DNA from: Bacilli bacterium
GTDB lineage: Bacteria > Bacillota_I > Bacilli_A > RF39 > UBA660
Assembly: GCA_041655535.1 (NCBI GenBank)
Contig: JBBAFH010000001.1
Span: forward strand, 194,294 to 258,293
Direction: 5' to 3'
Length of the DNA stretch: 64,000 nucleotides
Shown: positions 30,619 through 42,100 of the stretch, piece by piece
Numbering within the stretch: position 1 is the first letter of the stretch
Layout: the number at the start of each line of letters is the position of its first letter
The notes under the pieces: model-generated
The model's database searches: none
What the model saw: the letters and a program-made list of their open reading frames with translations, nothing else
What the model was told of the DNA's origin: nothing
Position numbers and translations under genes: made by a program

Positions 30619-31788
30619 GTGATTATATTGAAAAGAATTATTATCATTTTTATTAGTTTTTTTATAGTTATAAGCAATATCGACGCAACTCCAGGAAGAA
30701 TTGTAAGTTCATCTGTGACTACATGCAATAATGTTACTTACGGGTACCATAGTAAGGATAAGCATTGGCATGTTGTTGTTAGAAACAATGATGGTACGTA
30801 TAATGCAACAGGGGATGAGTTAGGTTTAGAAAACCCTTGTAAAACTAATTCAGTTCAACCAAAACCTGTTGAACCCCAGTTACCAATTAATAATAAACAA
30901 ATTGTTAAGTTATCATCTTGTGTAGATGGTGATACTGCTAAGTTTATTACTAGTAAAGGTGTTGAATCAACACGTTTTTTGGCAATTGACACTCCTGAAT
31001 ATACAACTAAAAAAGAATTGTATGGAAAGGAAGCAAGTCAATTTACATGTAATAAGTTAAAAAGTGCTAACAAAATTGAATTGGAATTTGATAAAGGAAG
31101 TGATTTATATGATAAATATAAAAGATTACTTGCCTGGATATGGGTTGATGGTTATTTACTTCAAGATGAAATAATTAAAGTTGGTTTAGCAGAAGTTGCT
31201 TACCTTTATGGAAATTATAAATATACACCGTTATTACAAGATCATCAAGAAGTTGCAAAAGCTCAAGGATTAAATATTTGGTCATTAGGCATTAATTTAC
31301 CGACAGAACCTTCTATTAAACAAGAAGAAAAAGTTATAATACCTGAAAAAGATAATAATCAGACTGAACAAAAAATCCCTGCAGAAACTAATGAAAAAAC
31401 AAGTGATGATGATTTGAAGTTAAAACAAGAAGAAAAACCAGCAGATAACGATGTAATAGTTGAACCACAATTCCCAAATTCGGCTGAAACAACATCGTTA
31501 TCTAATCAAAATGATGATATTTTAAAACGAGATATTAAGGAAAGTAATACAAGTAGTGTGTTTGTTCTATTTGGGTTAACCTTTATTACATATCTTTTTT
31601 ATTCAAAGTATTCAAGCGATCTGGCTTTAATTAAAATAGGTGCAAGTGACTATTTTAAAAAAGGTAAAATAAGAAAAGCTATATTTTATTTTATATATAC
31701 AATATTAATACTACCTGTATTTTACGATATTGTTCTTGCCGGTGGTATGACTGGAACAAAAATTTTAAAATCAATAAAAAGAAAGTAG
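30619..31788 (+). CDS. Secreted thermonuclease (micrococcal/SNase family) with low-complexity linker and C-terminal membrane anchor
   Basis: Signal peptide; …SCVDGDTAKFITSKGVESTRFLAIDTPE… and …RLLAWIWVDG… SNase catalytic core; C-terminal TM. Start ambiguous (GTG 30619 or TTG 30628 after AGGTGA). Confidence 0.75.
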   Translation: MIILKRIIIIFISFFIVISNIDATPGRIVSSSVTTCNNVTYGYHSKDKHWHVVVRNNDGTYNATGDELGLENPCKTNSVQPKPVEPQLPINNKQIVKLSSCVDGDTAKFITSKGVESTRFLAIDTPEYTTKKELYGKEASQFTCNKLKSANKIELEFDKGSDLYDKYKRLLAWIWVDGYLLQDEIIKVGLAEVAYLYGNYKYTPLLQDHQEVAKAQGLNIWSLGINLPTEPSIKQEEKVIIPEKDNNQTEQKIPAETNEKTSDDDLKLKQEEKPADNDVIVEPQFPNSAETTSLSNQNDDILKRDIKESNTSSVFVLFGLTFITYLFYSKYSSDLALIKIGASDYFKKGKIRKAIFYFIYTILILPVFYDIVLAGGMTGTKILKSIKRK

Positions 31789-31795
31789 GAAGTTA

Positions 31796-32350
31796 ATGAC
31801 TGAAAGAGATTTAATAAAAGAATTTTATTATAATGGTTGTGATATTTCTGAATATCAAAATAAAATAGAAGTTGTTGGGACAAATGAAAGTAAGTTTATT
31901 TTTGATACAAATAAAACCTCAATTGCAACAACTCGTACTTATAGTTGTACTAATATATTAGTCTTTAACAAAGATTTTGCCTATCTCGCACATATGTTTC
32001 CATCAGAAACAGTAGGAATGAATAATGATTTTAATAATCGCTTAAATGAGTTAGAAGTATTCATTAAACATTTCAATCCAAACGTAATAAATGTTTTGAT
32101 TTGTCTAGGAGAATCAGTTGCAAATCCTGGTAAATCAGATTTTCATGATTTAAAGTATTTAAAAGAAAAATTAAATACCTTTAGAAAAAATTGTGAAAAT
32201 ATAAATATAGAAGTAAATTTATTACCTGTGATGAAAAGTAAATATTTGTTATTTGATTTAGAAAATTATTTACTATATATAGATAATCCTAACAAGGAAG
32301 TTATCGATGTAAATGAGTTGTTACCATTAAGTCGAAACAAGAAAAAATAA
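31796..32350 (+). CDS. Hypothetical cytoplasmic protein translationally coupled to nuclease gene
   Basis: 184 aa, no TM/signal; starts 8 nt after nuclease stop. Confidence 0.45.
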   Translation: MTERDLIKEFYYNGCDISEYQNKIEVVGTNESKFIFDTNKTSIATTRTYSCTNILVFNKDFAYLAHMFPSETVGMNNDFNNRLNELEVFIKHFNPNVINVLICLGESVANPGKSDFHDLKYLKEKLNTFRKNCENINIEVNLLPVMKSKYLLFDLENYLLYIDNPNKEVIDVNELLPLSRNKKK

Positions 32351-32449
32351 AATGTTTTAATTGATGCAATATAATTTGCATTTTTTAAATATTTAGAATA
32401 TAATATAGGCGAATTTACAAAAGTAAATTTAGAAAGAAAGGTATGTTGA

Positions 32450-33235
32450 ATGAAAATTAAGATTAATTCAAGGGCCGTATACACAAAAAAGAAAGTTAGA
32501 GATTTCAAATTAATGGTAGCTTCAGATTTTCATTATACTAAAAAATTTAAACCCGAGACATTTGATTCTTTAACTCAAATAGTTGCGTCTGAAAGACCAG
32601 ACTGTTTAGCAATTCCCGGTGATTTAGTAGAACCTTCTACTGATGATTACCAGCAGATTTACAATTTTTTTAAAACTTCTAGTTTATTAACAAAAGTTGT
32701 AGTATCACTAGGTGATAGTGATGTTATTATGAAGAAAGATGAAAAGAAAGTGCTATGTATCAATAAGAACTTTTTAAATGATATTGAAAAAATTGAAAAT
32801 TTAAAATTGTTTAGAGACAATTATTATGATGTATATAGAATTGATGATTTTGTTTTTTATGGTTATAATCCCGATCATAATTGGTATATAAATGATAATC
32901 GAGAATCAAAATTACATGAATTTGAGCTTATGGGTCACGTCATCGATTTAGAAGTAAATAAAGGTAATTATAATATTTTATTAACTCATGATTCAAGTCC
33001 AATAATGAGAAATAAAGAAAGTTATCATCGTTATGTTATTGATGGCATTGATTTGACTATATCAGGTAATAAATACGACGGCATATTACCTAAAACCCAT
33101 TTTTATGAGTTTGAAGATGCGGCTTTGATTATGTCTAAAGGTGTAACTCCAAATCATAATATTAAATTATTAAATCAATTTTCCCAACCAAATGTTGATA
33201 TTGTTAAAATAAAAACTTTAGTTAAGAAAAAATAA
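32450..33235 (+). CDS. Calcineurin-like metallophosphoesterase
   Basis: …VASDFHY…IPGDLVE…ILLTHDS… phosphoesterase metal-binding motifs. Confidence 0.6.
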   Translation: MKIKINSRAVYTKKKVRDFKLMVASDFHYTKKFKPETFDSLTQIVASERPDCLAIPGDLVEPSTDDYQQIYNFFKTSSLLTKVVVSLGDSDVIMKKDEKKVLCINKNFLNDIEKIENLKLFRDNYYDVYRIDDFVFYGYNPDHNWYINDNRESKLHEFELMGHVIDLEVNKGNYNILLTHDSSPIMRNKESYHRYVIDGIDLTISGNKYDGILPKTHFYEFEDAALIMSKGVTPNHNIKLLNQFSQPNVDIVKIKTLVKKK

Positions 33236-33252
33236 ATAGATAAACAAATAAC

Positions 33253-33281
33253 AATCATATTCCTTTGAATATGATTTTTTT
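33253..33281 (+). terminator. Rho-independent terminator
   Basis: atcatattc-ctttg-gaatatgat + T7. Confidence 0.75.
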
Positions 33282-33506
33282 ATAATGTTTGTCCATCAAA
33301 AGCATACATTTTAGTAGGAGTTGATATAATGCCAAAAATAGAAATAACAAATATTAATTACTTTTTAGATAGTATGCTTACAATAAGTCTTTTTTTATTT
33401 ATAATTTTTCTTTGTTTCTTTAATAATAAAAAATGTAAACAAAAAATAAAGGATTTTTTTAAACGTAAATAATGTGATATAATTGACATTATATACGGAG
33501 GTCGTT

Positions 33507-33941
33507 ATGAAATTAATAATTGATGCTGATGCTTGTCCAGGTCTTGATATCATTACAAAAGTAGCTAAAGAAAACTTTGTTAAAATGATTATTTATACTG
33601 ATTTCAATCATAATATTACTAATGATTATGGTGAAGTAATAACTGTTGATCAGGGGTTTCAAAGTGTTGATATGTATATTTCTAATATTACAGAAACTAA
33701 TGATGTTGTCGTTACCCAAGATTATGGATTAGCGCTCATAGCTTTAGCAAAAGGGGCTTTTGCTATTCACCCTAAAGGAACAATATATGATAACGATAAT
33801 ATTGATAAGATGATATTTGAAAGACATATTTCAGTAATGAATAGAAAACGCAATAAGAGATTTAAGGGACCTAAAAAAAGAACTAAAGAGGATGACCTAT
33901 TACTTGAAGAAAATTTGACAAAGTTATTAAAAAAGAAATAA
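33507..33941 (+). CDS. YaiI/YqxD (UPF0178) family protein
   Basis: MKLIIDADACPG… N-terminus after GGAGG RBS (ORF track starts 33483). Confidence 0.7.
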   Translation: MKLIIDADACPGLDIITKVAKENFVKMIIYTDFNHNITNDYGEVITVDQGFQSVDMYISNITETNDVVVTQDYGLALIALAKGAFAIHPKGTIYDNDNIDKMIFERHISVMNRKRNKRFKGPKKRTKEDDLLLEENLTKLLKKK

Positions 33942-33981
33942 TTTTATGATATACTTAATTAGTGTAAGAAAGAGGTAGCAT

Positions 33982-34836
33982 ATGTACGATAAATTTTTAT
34001 TAGTTATAAAGGGGGCAATTATAGGTGTTGCCAATATTATTCCCGGAGTTAGTGGTGGAACACTGGCTATTACAATGGGATTATATGAAAAATTAATTAA
34101 TGCAATTAATACATTTTTTAAAAATTTTAAAGAAAATGTTAAATTTTTATTTCCAATTGGAATAGGTGCTGTTTTAGGGTTATTACTTGTTAGTAAGTTG
34201 ATTGTTTATGTGTTAGATAGTTTTCCTGTTCAAACAAATATCTTTTTTTCGGGACTTATTTTAGGTGGAGTTCCAATGTTATGGAAAAAAGTTAAAGATA
34301 AAGAAAAAAACAGTTCAAATATTATTGTCTTTTTAGTTGTGTTTTCTTTATTAGTGGTTTTAGCATTTGCAAAAAACTCAAATAATTTAGTTAGCTTTAA
34401 CAACTTAGATATAATGGGTTACTTTCTATTATTTATAGTAGGTATAATTGCTGCTGCAACGATGGTTATTCCAGGAATTAGTGGTTCGTTTGTATTAATG
34501 CTACTTGGTTATTATCGACCAATATTAGATATTATTAACGAATTAACAAAATTTTATAAAATGAGTTTTACCGATGTTTTTAATTCGGGTTTAATCTTAT
34601 TACCTTTTGGAATTGGAATAATAATTGGAGTTTTATTAATTGCAAAACTAATCGAATATTTATTAAATAAATTTGAAGTTAAAACATATTATGCTATTCT
34701 TGGTTTTGTTTTAGGCTCAGTGCTAATGATAATTAAACCGGTAATGGCATACGATATAACATTAGTAACTGTTATAACAAGCATTGCATTTGGTGCACTT
34801 GGTGTTTTCATTGCTAACTGGTTAGGAGAAAGGTGA
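33982..34836 (+). CDS. DUF368 membrane protein (PopT/UptA-type undecaprenyl-phosphate translocase family)
   Basis: Two repeats each with P-G-(V/I)-S-(G/R)-SG motif (IPGVSGGT…, IPGISGSF…); 8 TM. Confidence 0.7.
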   Translation: MYDKFLLVIKGAIIGVANIIPGVSGGTLAITMGLYEKLINAINTFFKNFKENVKFLFPIGIGAVLGLLLVSKLIVYVLDSFPVQTNIFFSGLILGGVPMLWKKVKDKEKNSSNIIVFLVVFSLLVVLAFAKNSNNLVSFNNLDIMGYFLLFIVGIIAAATMVIPGISGSFVLMLLGYYRPILDIINELTKFYKMSFTDVFNSGLILLPFGIGIIIGVLLIAKLIEYLLNKFEVKTYYAILGFVLGSVLMIIKPVMAYDITLVTVITSIAFGALGVFIANWLGER

Positions 34837-34840
34837 TATA

Positions 34841-35647
34841 ATGTTAGGAGTTATTATTTTAGGAATTATTCAAGGTATTGCTGAATTTTTACCTATTTCA
34901 AGTTCAGCACACTTAATTATTTTTAGGGATGTTTTTAATATTGGAAGCGCCGTATCAGATAATATTGCTTTAGCATTTGACATTGCTCTTCATTTAGGAA
35001 CCTTACTAGCAATTATTGTTTATTTTTTTAAGGATTTCTTAAATATGTTTATTAAAGGAGTAACTAAAGGAGTTAAAGATAATGAAGGTAAAGTATTTTA
35101 TTTTCTAATTATTGCAACAATACCTGCTGCTATTGCTGGATTGTTATTTGAAGATATTATTGAAGGGTTAATTAGGGGAAACTTAATCGTTATTGCTATT
35201 GCCCTAGCAGTTATGGGTATTATAATATATGCGATTGATAGATATAAAAAAGAAGCAAAAGAAATAAAAGATTTAACTTTTATTGATGCTTTAATAATTG
35301 GTACTTCTCAAATATTTGCTTTGATTCCTGGTTTTTCTAGATCAGGAACCACAATTGCAACTGGAAGAATGCTTAATTTAAATCGTGAAGACAGCGCGAA
35401 ATTCTCATTTTATTTATCAGCACCAGTAGTTTTAGGAGCCGTTATTTTAACTTTCTTTGATACTGGAACAATGAGTATAATAAGCAGTAATTTATCGATT
35501 TTTGTTGTTGGTATAATTGTATCTTTTATTGTTGGAATTATAACTATTGAATATTTATTAAAATATTTAAGAAAACATGATTTTAAAATATTTATGTGGT
35601 ATCGAGTAATACTAGCAATTATTGTAATTATATCTTTGTTTATTTAA
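34841..35647 (+). CDS. uppP: Undecaprenyl-diphosphate phosphatase
   Basis: …IQGIAEFLPISSSAHL… and …PGFSRSGTTI… BacA/UppP signatures. Confidence 0.9.
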   Translation: MLGVIILGIIQGIAEFLPISSSAHLIIFRDVFNIGSAVSDNIALAFDIALHLGTLLAIIVYFFKDFLNMFIKGVTKGVKDNEGKVFYFLIIATIPAAIAGLLFEDIIEGLIRGNLIVIAIALAVMGIIIYAIDRYKKEAKEIKDLTFIDALIIGTSQIFALIPGFSRSGTTIATGRMLNLNREDSAKFSFYLSAPVVLGAVILTFFDTGTMSIISSNLSIFVVGIIVSFIVGIITIEYLLKYLRKHDFKIFMWYRVILAIIVIISLFI

Positions 35648-35710
35648 CTGACTAATGTCAGTTTTTTATTATCAAAAGTATGATATAATATTTGAAGTTG
35701 GGGTGGTATC

Positions 35711-36169
35711 ATGAAAAACAAAAAAATAATTATTATTGGGATAGTTATATTTATATTATTATTAACTAGTGGTTTAATCTTTTATAAATCATATACCGAG
35801 AAACAATATGAAAAGTTAACAGTAAAAGAAAAATTCGAGAAACATGATTATAGTTATGTAAATGACGGTGATTATATTAAAAAACTTAATGCAACTGATT
35901 ATTATTTATTTAATTTAAATTCATTAGTGCCATATTTTACAGTTGAAGTAAATGGTCAATATGAATTGTATTTTTTTCAAAACGATTGGGCAAATATTAA
36001 AAATTGTGAGTATGACTTTAAAAAAAATAAGGAGCGAGATGATACTGTTTGTTCAGAAAATCAAATTGAAAAATTGACTTCATTAAAAACTATTTTCAAT
36101 GATGAACTAAAAAATATTAAAATAACAATTGATGACTTACTAAAGAAAAATATTGAAGATACTAACTAG
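35711..36169 (+). CDS. Small N-terminally anchored protein, unknown function
   Basis: 152 aa, single N-terminal TM. Confidence 0.4.
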   Translation: MKNKKIIIIGIVIFILLLTSGLIFYKSYTEKQYEKLTVKEKFEKHDYSYVNDGDYIKKLNATDYYLFNLNSLVPYFTVEVNGQYELYFFQNDWANIKNCEYDFKKNKERDDTVCSENQIEKLTSLKTIFNDELKNIKITIDDLLKKNIEDTN

Positions 36170-36246
36170 TATCTTTTTTTTGTTATTTATTGTTTATTAA
36201 CTATTTATATACTATAATATAGATAGTTGAAAAAGTAGGTGAAGTA

Positions 36247-39183
36247 ATGATAACATTTGTGTTTAGTAAAGATACTAAAAATAATTATCAAGATATAGTT
36301 TCCAAAAACAGTTATAATAAAACAATTATTATTACTTCTAGTAATAACGTTGTTGAATACAAAAAATACTTTAATGATTACGAAAATATTTTAGTGATTG
36401 ATTTAAAAACTTTTATTTATAAAATATATAACGAAAATATAAGTATATTACCTATACTTGATTCCAATAGTCAAATTCTTTATTTTAATAAAGCAATAAG
36501 AAGTGTTTCAGATCGTTTAACGCTTTTAAATAAATATAATTTAGATATTATTGATGATTTGATAACTTTGTACAAAAACGAAACAGATAATTTGTTAGTT
36601 ACTAGTAATTATAAAACTGAAATGATTAATGATATTAATTTAATTTTTAAAGAGTATTTAGAGCTCATTAAAGATAAATATATTGATAGTAGTCTTTTAT
36701 ATAAAGAAGTTCTTTGTTTTTTAAAAGAAAATAAAATTTTAAGTGATACTAATGTTGTCGTCAGTGATATAACTTATTTAAATAATATTGAAAAAGAAAT
36801 AGTAAAAGAATTATGTAATAATAGTAACCATGCTTATTTATATTTTTTAACTGAATCTAATGTTCCGGGAATTGAAATTCATAGTGACATGGTTAATTAT
36901 TTTAAGGAGTCTTTTAAAAATAATTATGACAATTATATTTTAGATAATGGTTTAGGTTTAGAAAAAGAACATATAATGAATAATTTATATAATTTAAATA
37001 ATGAAGTGTTCAATAAAAGCAAATATATAAGTTTATATGGTGGCAGTGATTTGTATGATGAAGTTGTCTTTGTTGCTAAAAAGATAAATGAATATGTTAG
37101 AACTAAAGGAATGCGCTATCGTGATTTTGCGATTGTATCAAACTCAATAAATGATTATGAAAATTATTTTGATTTAATATTTAGTGATAATCATATTTTT
37201 TATCAAAAAAAGAATAATTTAAATCATTACTTTTTTAATTATGTTTTAGATTTGTTAGATATTATAATTAATGGTGTTAGCCAAGATAGCTTAATTAAAA
37301 TATTAAAAACGAAATATTATAACATTAGTGATTACAATATTAATACTATAAATAATAACGAAGAAATAAATAATGAGTTACAAGAATACATAAATAATGT
37401 TATATTAAAACCATTACAAATAAGTAATGAAACAAAGGTAAGAAGTTTTTTAAAAAATTTATATTCTTATTTAGAAACATTTAATATAAATAGCAAAATA
37501 AATATTGACAATTCTGATACTTGGACATCGTTTATCAAAATATTAGATAGTGTTGATAGTGTTTACGGAGAAGAATCATTAAACTTAACAATGTTAAAAG
37601 ATACTTTTAAATATATGTTTAATAAGGTGAGTACTAACACTAATTATTTAGATGAAGTATTAGTAGGAGATACAAGTATAATTAATACATTAAATCCTAA
37701 AGTTGTATTTTTTATTGGTGTTAACGAAGGTGTTGTTCCTAAAAAGTTTTCTAGCAATATTTTGATTAATAATTTAGAACTTTCTAAATATTATTTAAAC
37801 TATCCAAAATTCAATGATGTTTTAATTGATAAATTAAACACATTTCTTGCCATTTTAAGTCCGAGTGACCAAATATTCGTAACTTATCATAAAGTTTCTA
37901 AAAACGGTTCTAAAACAAATCCTTCACCAATTATTAAGAAGCTCAAAGACATGTATCAAGATGTTAATGTTATACGTGCCGACGAACAAGTTTATAATAT
38001 ATCATTACCTAATTTAACTTATACAAGTTTTTTAACTTATGATAATGAAAATTTAAAGAAACAATTAAAAGATTATTTTAATAATAATGAAGATTATAAA
38101 AAATTTAATAACTTAATAGACAATATTCCAAGGTTTTATAATGTTAGTAATTTAAGTAACTTACAATTAGATAAATTATCTCTAAGCGCTTCTTCTATTG
38201 ATAGTTATAATTATTGTAATTTTAAATATTTTTGTCAGTATATACTAAATCTAAAGGAAAAAGAAACACTTGTTTATGATAATCGAATTGTTGGGACATA
38301 TATCCATTATATGTTTGAAAAATTAATATCTAGTGGTGCTACAAGGGATAATATAAATGGACTACTAAAATTTTGGAAGCAAGAATTTACTACCACTATG
38401 GAATTAAAACTTACTAAAACAATCGATTATATGTTTGGAAAGCTAAATGATAGTATAAATGAATTATGGAAAATAATATATGATGATATAAATGAAAATA
38501 AGTTTAAGCCCAAGTATTTAGAATTAAATATGAGTGAATCAAAAGATTTTTACCAACTAGTCTTAAAATATCTTGATGTACCTATTTATTTAAGGGGAAT
38601 TATTGATCGTGTTGATTTAAATAATAATTATGTAAGAGTAATTGATTATAAGACAGGTTCTAAAGAAATTAATTTAAATGATATAATAAATGGTCTTAAT
38701 CTTCAATTATTTATTTATTTGTTATATTTAAAAAAAGCCAATAAAAATTTAATACCTTCTGGAATGTTTTATATGCCATCACTTGTTAAATACGATTCTA
38801 ATGGTTTTTCTAATAAAGGCTATCGATTATCAGGAATGATTTTAAATGATACGGAAGTTATTAATTCACTTGGTGGTGAAAATATAAATAACTATATTGA
38901 TGCCTATACAAGGGATAAGTTTAAAGAAAATGTTTTAATTGAACCAGATGATTTAGATATGTTATTAGAATATACAGAAAAATCTATAAATAAAACAGCT
39001 AAAAACATATTATCTGGTCAGATTGAAATAAAACCATTTAAAGAAAAAAAGTTATGTCAATATTGTCCATATCAAGCAATATGTGGTATTGAAGAAAATA
39101 GTAAAAATTATAAAAAACTTATAAAGTATGATAAAAGTGAAATATGGAGTGCGATTAGGAGGGGAATAGATGAAATGGACTAA
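36247..39183 (+). CDS. addB: ATP-dependent helicase/deoxyribonuclease subunit B (AddB/RexB)
   Basis: 978 aa directly upstream of and overlapping addA; C-terminal nuclease/Fe-S module with C…CQYCPYQAIC cysteines. Confidence 0.8.
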   Translation: MITFVFSKDTKNNYQDIVSKNSYNKTIIITSSNNVVEYKKYFNDYENILVIDLKTFIYKIYNENISILPILDSNSQILYFNKAIRSVSDRLTLLNKYNLDIIDDLITLYKNETDNLLVTSNYKTEMINDINLIFKEYLELIKDKYIDSSLLYKEVLCFLKENKILSDTNVVVSDITYLNNIEKEIVKELCNNSNHAYLYFLTESNVPGIEIHSDMVNYFKESFKNNYDNYILDNGLGLEKEHIMNNLYNLNNEVFNKSKYISLYGGSDLYDEVVFVAKKINEYVRTKGMRYRDFAIVSNSINDYENYFDLIFSDNHIFYQKKNNLNHYFFNYVLDLLDIIINGVSQDSLIKILKTKYYNISDYNINTINNNEEINNELQEYINNVILKPLQISNETKVRSFLKNLYSYLETFNINSKINIDNSDTWTSFIKILDSVDSVYGEESLNLTMLKDTFKYMFNKVSTNTNYLDEVLVGDTSIINTLNPKVVFFIGVNEGVVPKKFSSNILINNLELSKYYLNYPKFNDVLIDKLNTFLAILSPSDQIFVTYHKVSKNGSKTNPSPIIKKLKDMYQDVNVIRADEQVYNISLPNLTYTSFLTYDNENLKKQLKDYFNNNEDYKKFNNLIDNIPRFYNVSNLSNLQLDKLSLSASSIDSYNYCNFKYFCQYILNLKEKETLVYDNRIVGTYIHYMFEKLISSGATRDNINGLLKFWKQEFTTTMELKLTKTIDYMFGKLNDSINELWKIIYDDINENKFKPKYLELNMSESKDFYQLVLKYLDVPIYLRGIIDRVDLNNNYVRVIDYKTGSKEINLNDIINGLNLQLFIYLLYLKKANKNLIPSGMFYMPSLVKYDSNGFSNKGYRLSGMILNDTEVINSLGGENINNYIDAYTRDKFKENVLIEPDDLDMLLEYTEKSINKTAKNILSGQIEIKPFKEKKLCQYCPYQAICGIEENSKNYKKLIKYDKSEIWSAIRRGIDEMD

Positions 39184-42100
39184 TGAGCAATCTCTTGCCA
39201 TAAACGAAAGAGGCGGCAAAATAATTGTTAGTGCCGCTGCTGGTAGTGGGAAAACGGCTGTGTTATCTGCCCGCATTATTGATTATATTTTAAAAGGAGG
39301 TTCGATTGATAAATTATTAGTTGTTACCTTTACAACATTAGCAGCTGGTGAAATGAAAGAAAGAATTAAAAAAAACATTAATAATGCTATTATCAATGAT
39401 CCTACTAATACTCATTTGCAAGAACAATTATTACTAGTTGAACTCGCTCAAATAATGACGATGGATGCCTTTTATAATAAACTAATAAAAGAAAACTTCG
39501 CCCAGTTAAATGTATCTCCAGACTTTAAAGTTATTGATGAAATAGAATATAAAGTGGTTAAACTAAAAACAGCCAAGGAAGTAGTCGAAACGGCTTTAGA
39601 ACATAATTTTGATATTAAAGCGTTGCTTGATAACTTTGTTGATTATAAAAATGGTACAACAATTGAAGATTTAATAATAAACTTCGATGAATACATTAAT
39701 AAAATACCTAATTCTGATTCTTGGTTAGAAGAATTAATATCTAAATATGGGACAAATGATTTTAATAGTAGTCTATGGAGTGAATTAATCTATCGTGAAC
39801 TTAAAAGTGATTTTGAAGGTTTTAAAACACTCTATGATGATGTTTTAGAAGAAATAAAACTAGATGATACTTTATATGATAAATTAAATATATTTTTGTT
39901 AAATGAAAGAGAACCGTTGATCAATGTAATTGAAGTTATTAATAACAAAGATTTTGATAAGTTAACTAACTTAATTAAAGCCATTAATTTTGAACGTTAC
40001 CCAACGATTAAAGGATATGGTGATAATTCAACATCTATTAAGATAAAAACAATCAGATCATCATTAAAAAAGGTTATAAAGGACTATGAAGAAACTATTT
40101 TACATTTTGGAGCTTCTTTTAAAAATGATCTTGAAAAAATTAATATAATTATTAAGGAGCTAATTGAAGTAACTAAAATATATCGCAATTCTTTAAAAGA
40201 ATTTAGGAAAGTTAATAATGCTTATAGTTTTGATGACATCCCTCATTTAGTGCTTAAATTGCTTGTTCAAGATTATAACTTTAAAACAGGATTAATAACT
40301 AAGACCAGTTTTGCTAAGACCTTATCAAATAATTATGATGAAATATTAATTGACGAATTTCAAGATACTAATTTAGTCCAAAACATAATTTTTTCAAGTC
40401 TTTCAAAAAATGATACAAATTTATTTATTGTAGGGGACGTTAAACAAAGTATATACGGATTTAGAAGCGCTAGACCTGATTTATTAATATCAGAAAAAAA
40501 AGATGCTTACAATGATAAATTTCCTAAATTAATTAATTTATCCAAAAACTTTCGTAGTCGAAAAGAAGTCCTTTCTTTTTCAAACTATTTATTCTCTAAA
40601 ATAATGTCAGATAAATATGGTGATATTAGTTATGATGAAAATGAAGTTTTAAATTTAGGGGCATCTTATCTACCAAGTCAGGAAAATGATGTAGAACTAC
40701 ATTTATTAACTAATTTAACTGTTGATGAAGACGAAGAACTAGAAGAAGATATTTCTAACTACGAAAAAGAAGCCATTATTATTGCTAAAAGAATTAAAGC
40801 ATTATTTGATAGTAATTATCAAGTAATTGATTTTAAAACTAATAAATATAGAAACATATTAAAAAGTGATATTGCAATATTATTAAGGTCACCTGGTTCT
40901 TTTGGAAATGTTTTAAGAGAAACTCTAATTAATTATGGAATTGACGTTTATACTGATAGGGCACCAATTTACTTTGATAACTACGAAATAAAATTAGTTA
41001 TATCATTATTAAAAATTATAGATAATTCATATGATGATATTTCTTTAGTTGCTGTTTTACGAAGCCCAATCTTTGGATTTCTTGAAGATGAATTATTAGA
41101 AATAAGAAACATTGATAAATATAATTATTTAATTGATAATTTAAAAAACAAAGATACAGTAAAAACCAAAGACTTCTTAAATAGATTAAACGATTATCAA
41201 ACCAAAGCGACAAGCTTAAGTATAAGTAAGCTGTTAAACTACCTTTATAATGACACTAAAATATTAGCTATTATGAGTTCTTTAGATAATGGTAAAAATC
41301 GTGTTAAAAACTTATTAGAAATGATTAACCACGCTCAAAAGTATATTGATAATGGACATACTACTTTACATGATTTTATCACTTATATTGACACTTTAAT
41401 CGATAACAAATATAGTTTAGAAGGTGTAAATCCAGCTAGTGATAAAGACAGTGTTTTAATAACAACTATTCACAAATCCAAAGGTTTGGAATTTCCTGTT
41501 GTAATACTACCAAGACTTGATAAACAATTTAATTTTGATGATTTAAAGAAAGATATTTTAATGGATAATGATTATTATTTGGGTTTTAAACTTAGGAATA
41601 ATGAAGATTTTACAATTAATTCAAATCTGATTTTGGAAGTGATTAAAAAAGAAAAAAAATTAAAACAATTATCAGAAGAATTAAGAGTTTTATATGTTGC
41701 ATTAACGCGTGCTAAAGAAAAACTAATAATGACTGGTATTTTAAAAAATATTCCTAAAAAAATCAAAGAAATAAATAGTTTGATTGGTAATGAAACTAGT
41801 ATTTCACTTGTTTATTTAAAACAAAGTAAATCAATGTTAGATTGGATTATTCCAATTATTTTAAAACATAACTGTGGTAAAGAATTAAGAGAAATGGCTG
41901 ACATTGATACTAAATTATATAATGATGAAATAAATTTAAAACTAAATATTTTAGATCTTAACACCATAGATAGTCTAAATCCAGTAGTTACAAACGACGT
42001 ATTAAAAATTATTGACATTAACTATATAGCAGATGCCTTAAATTATTCTTACCCATATCAAAAGACTAACTATAAACCCAAAATGAGTGTTACAGAACTA

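Noticed and set aside
41016-42018. Three 63-68-aa minus-strand ORFs inside addA
   Set aside because: Antisense artefacts in AT-rich coding DNA
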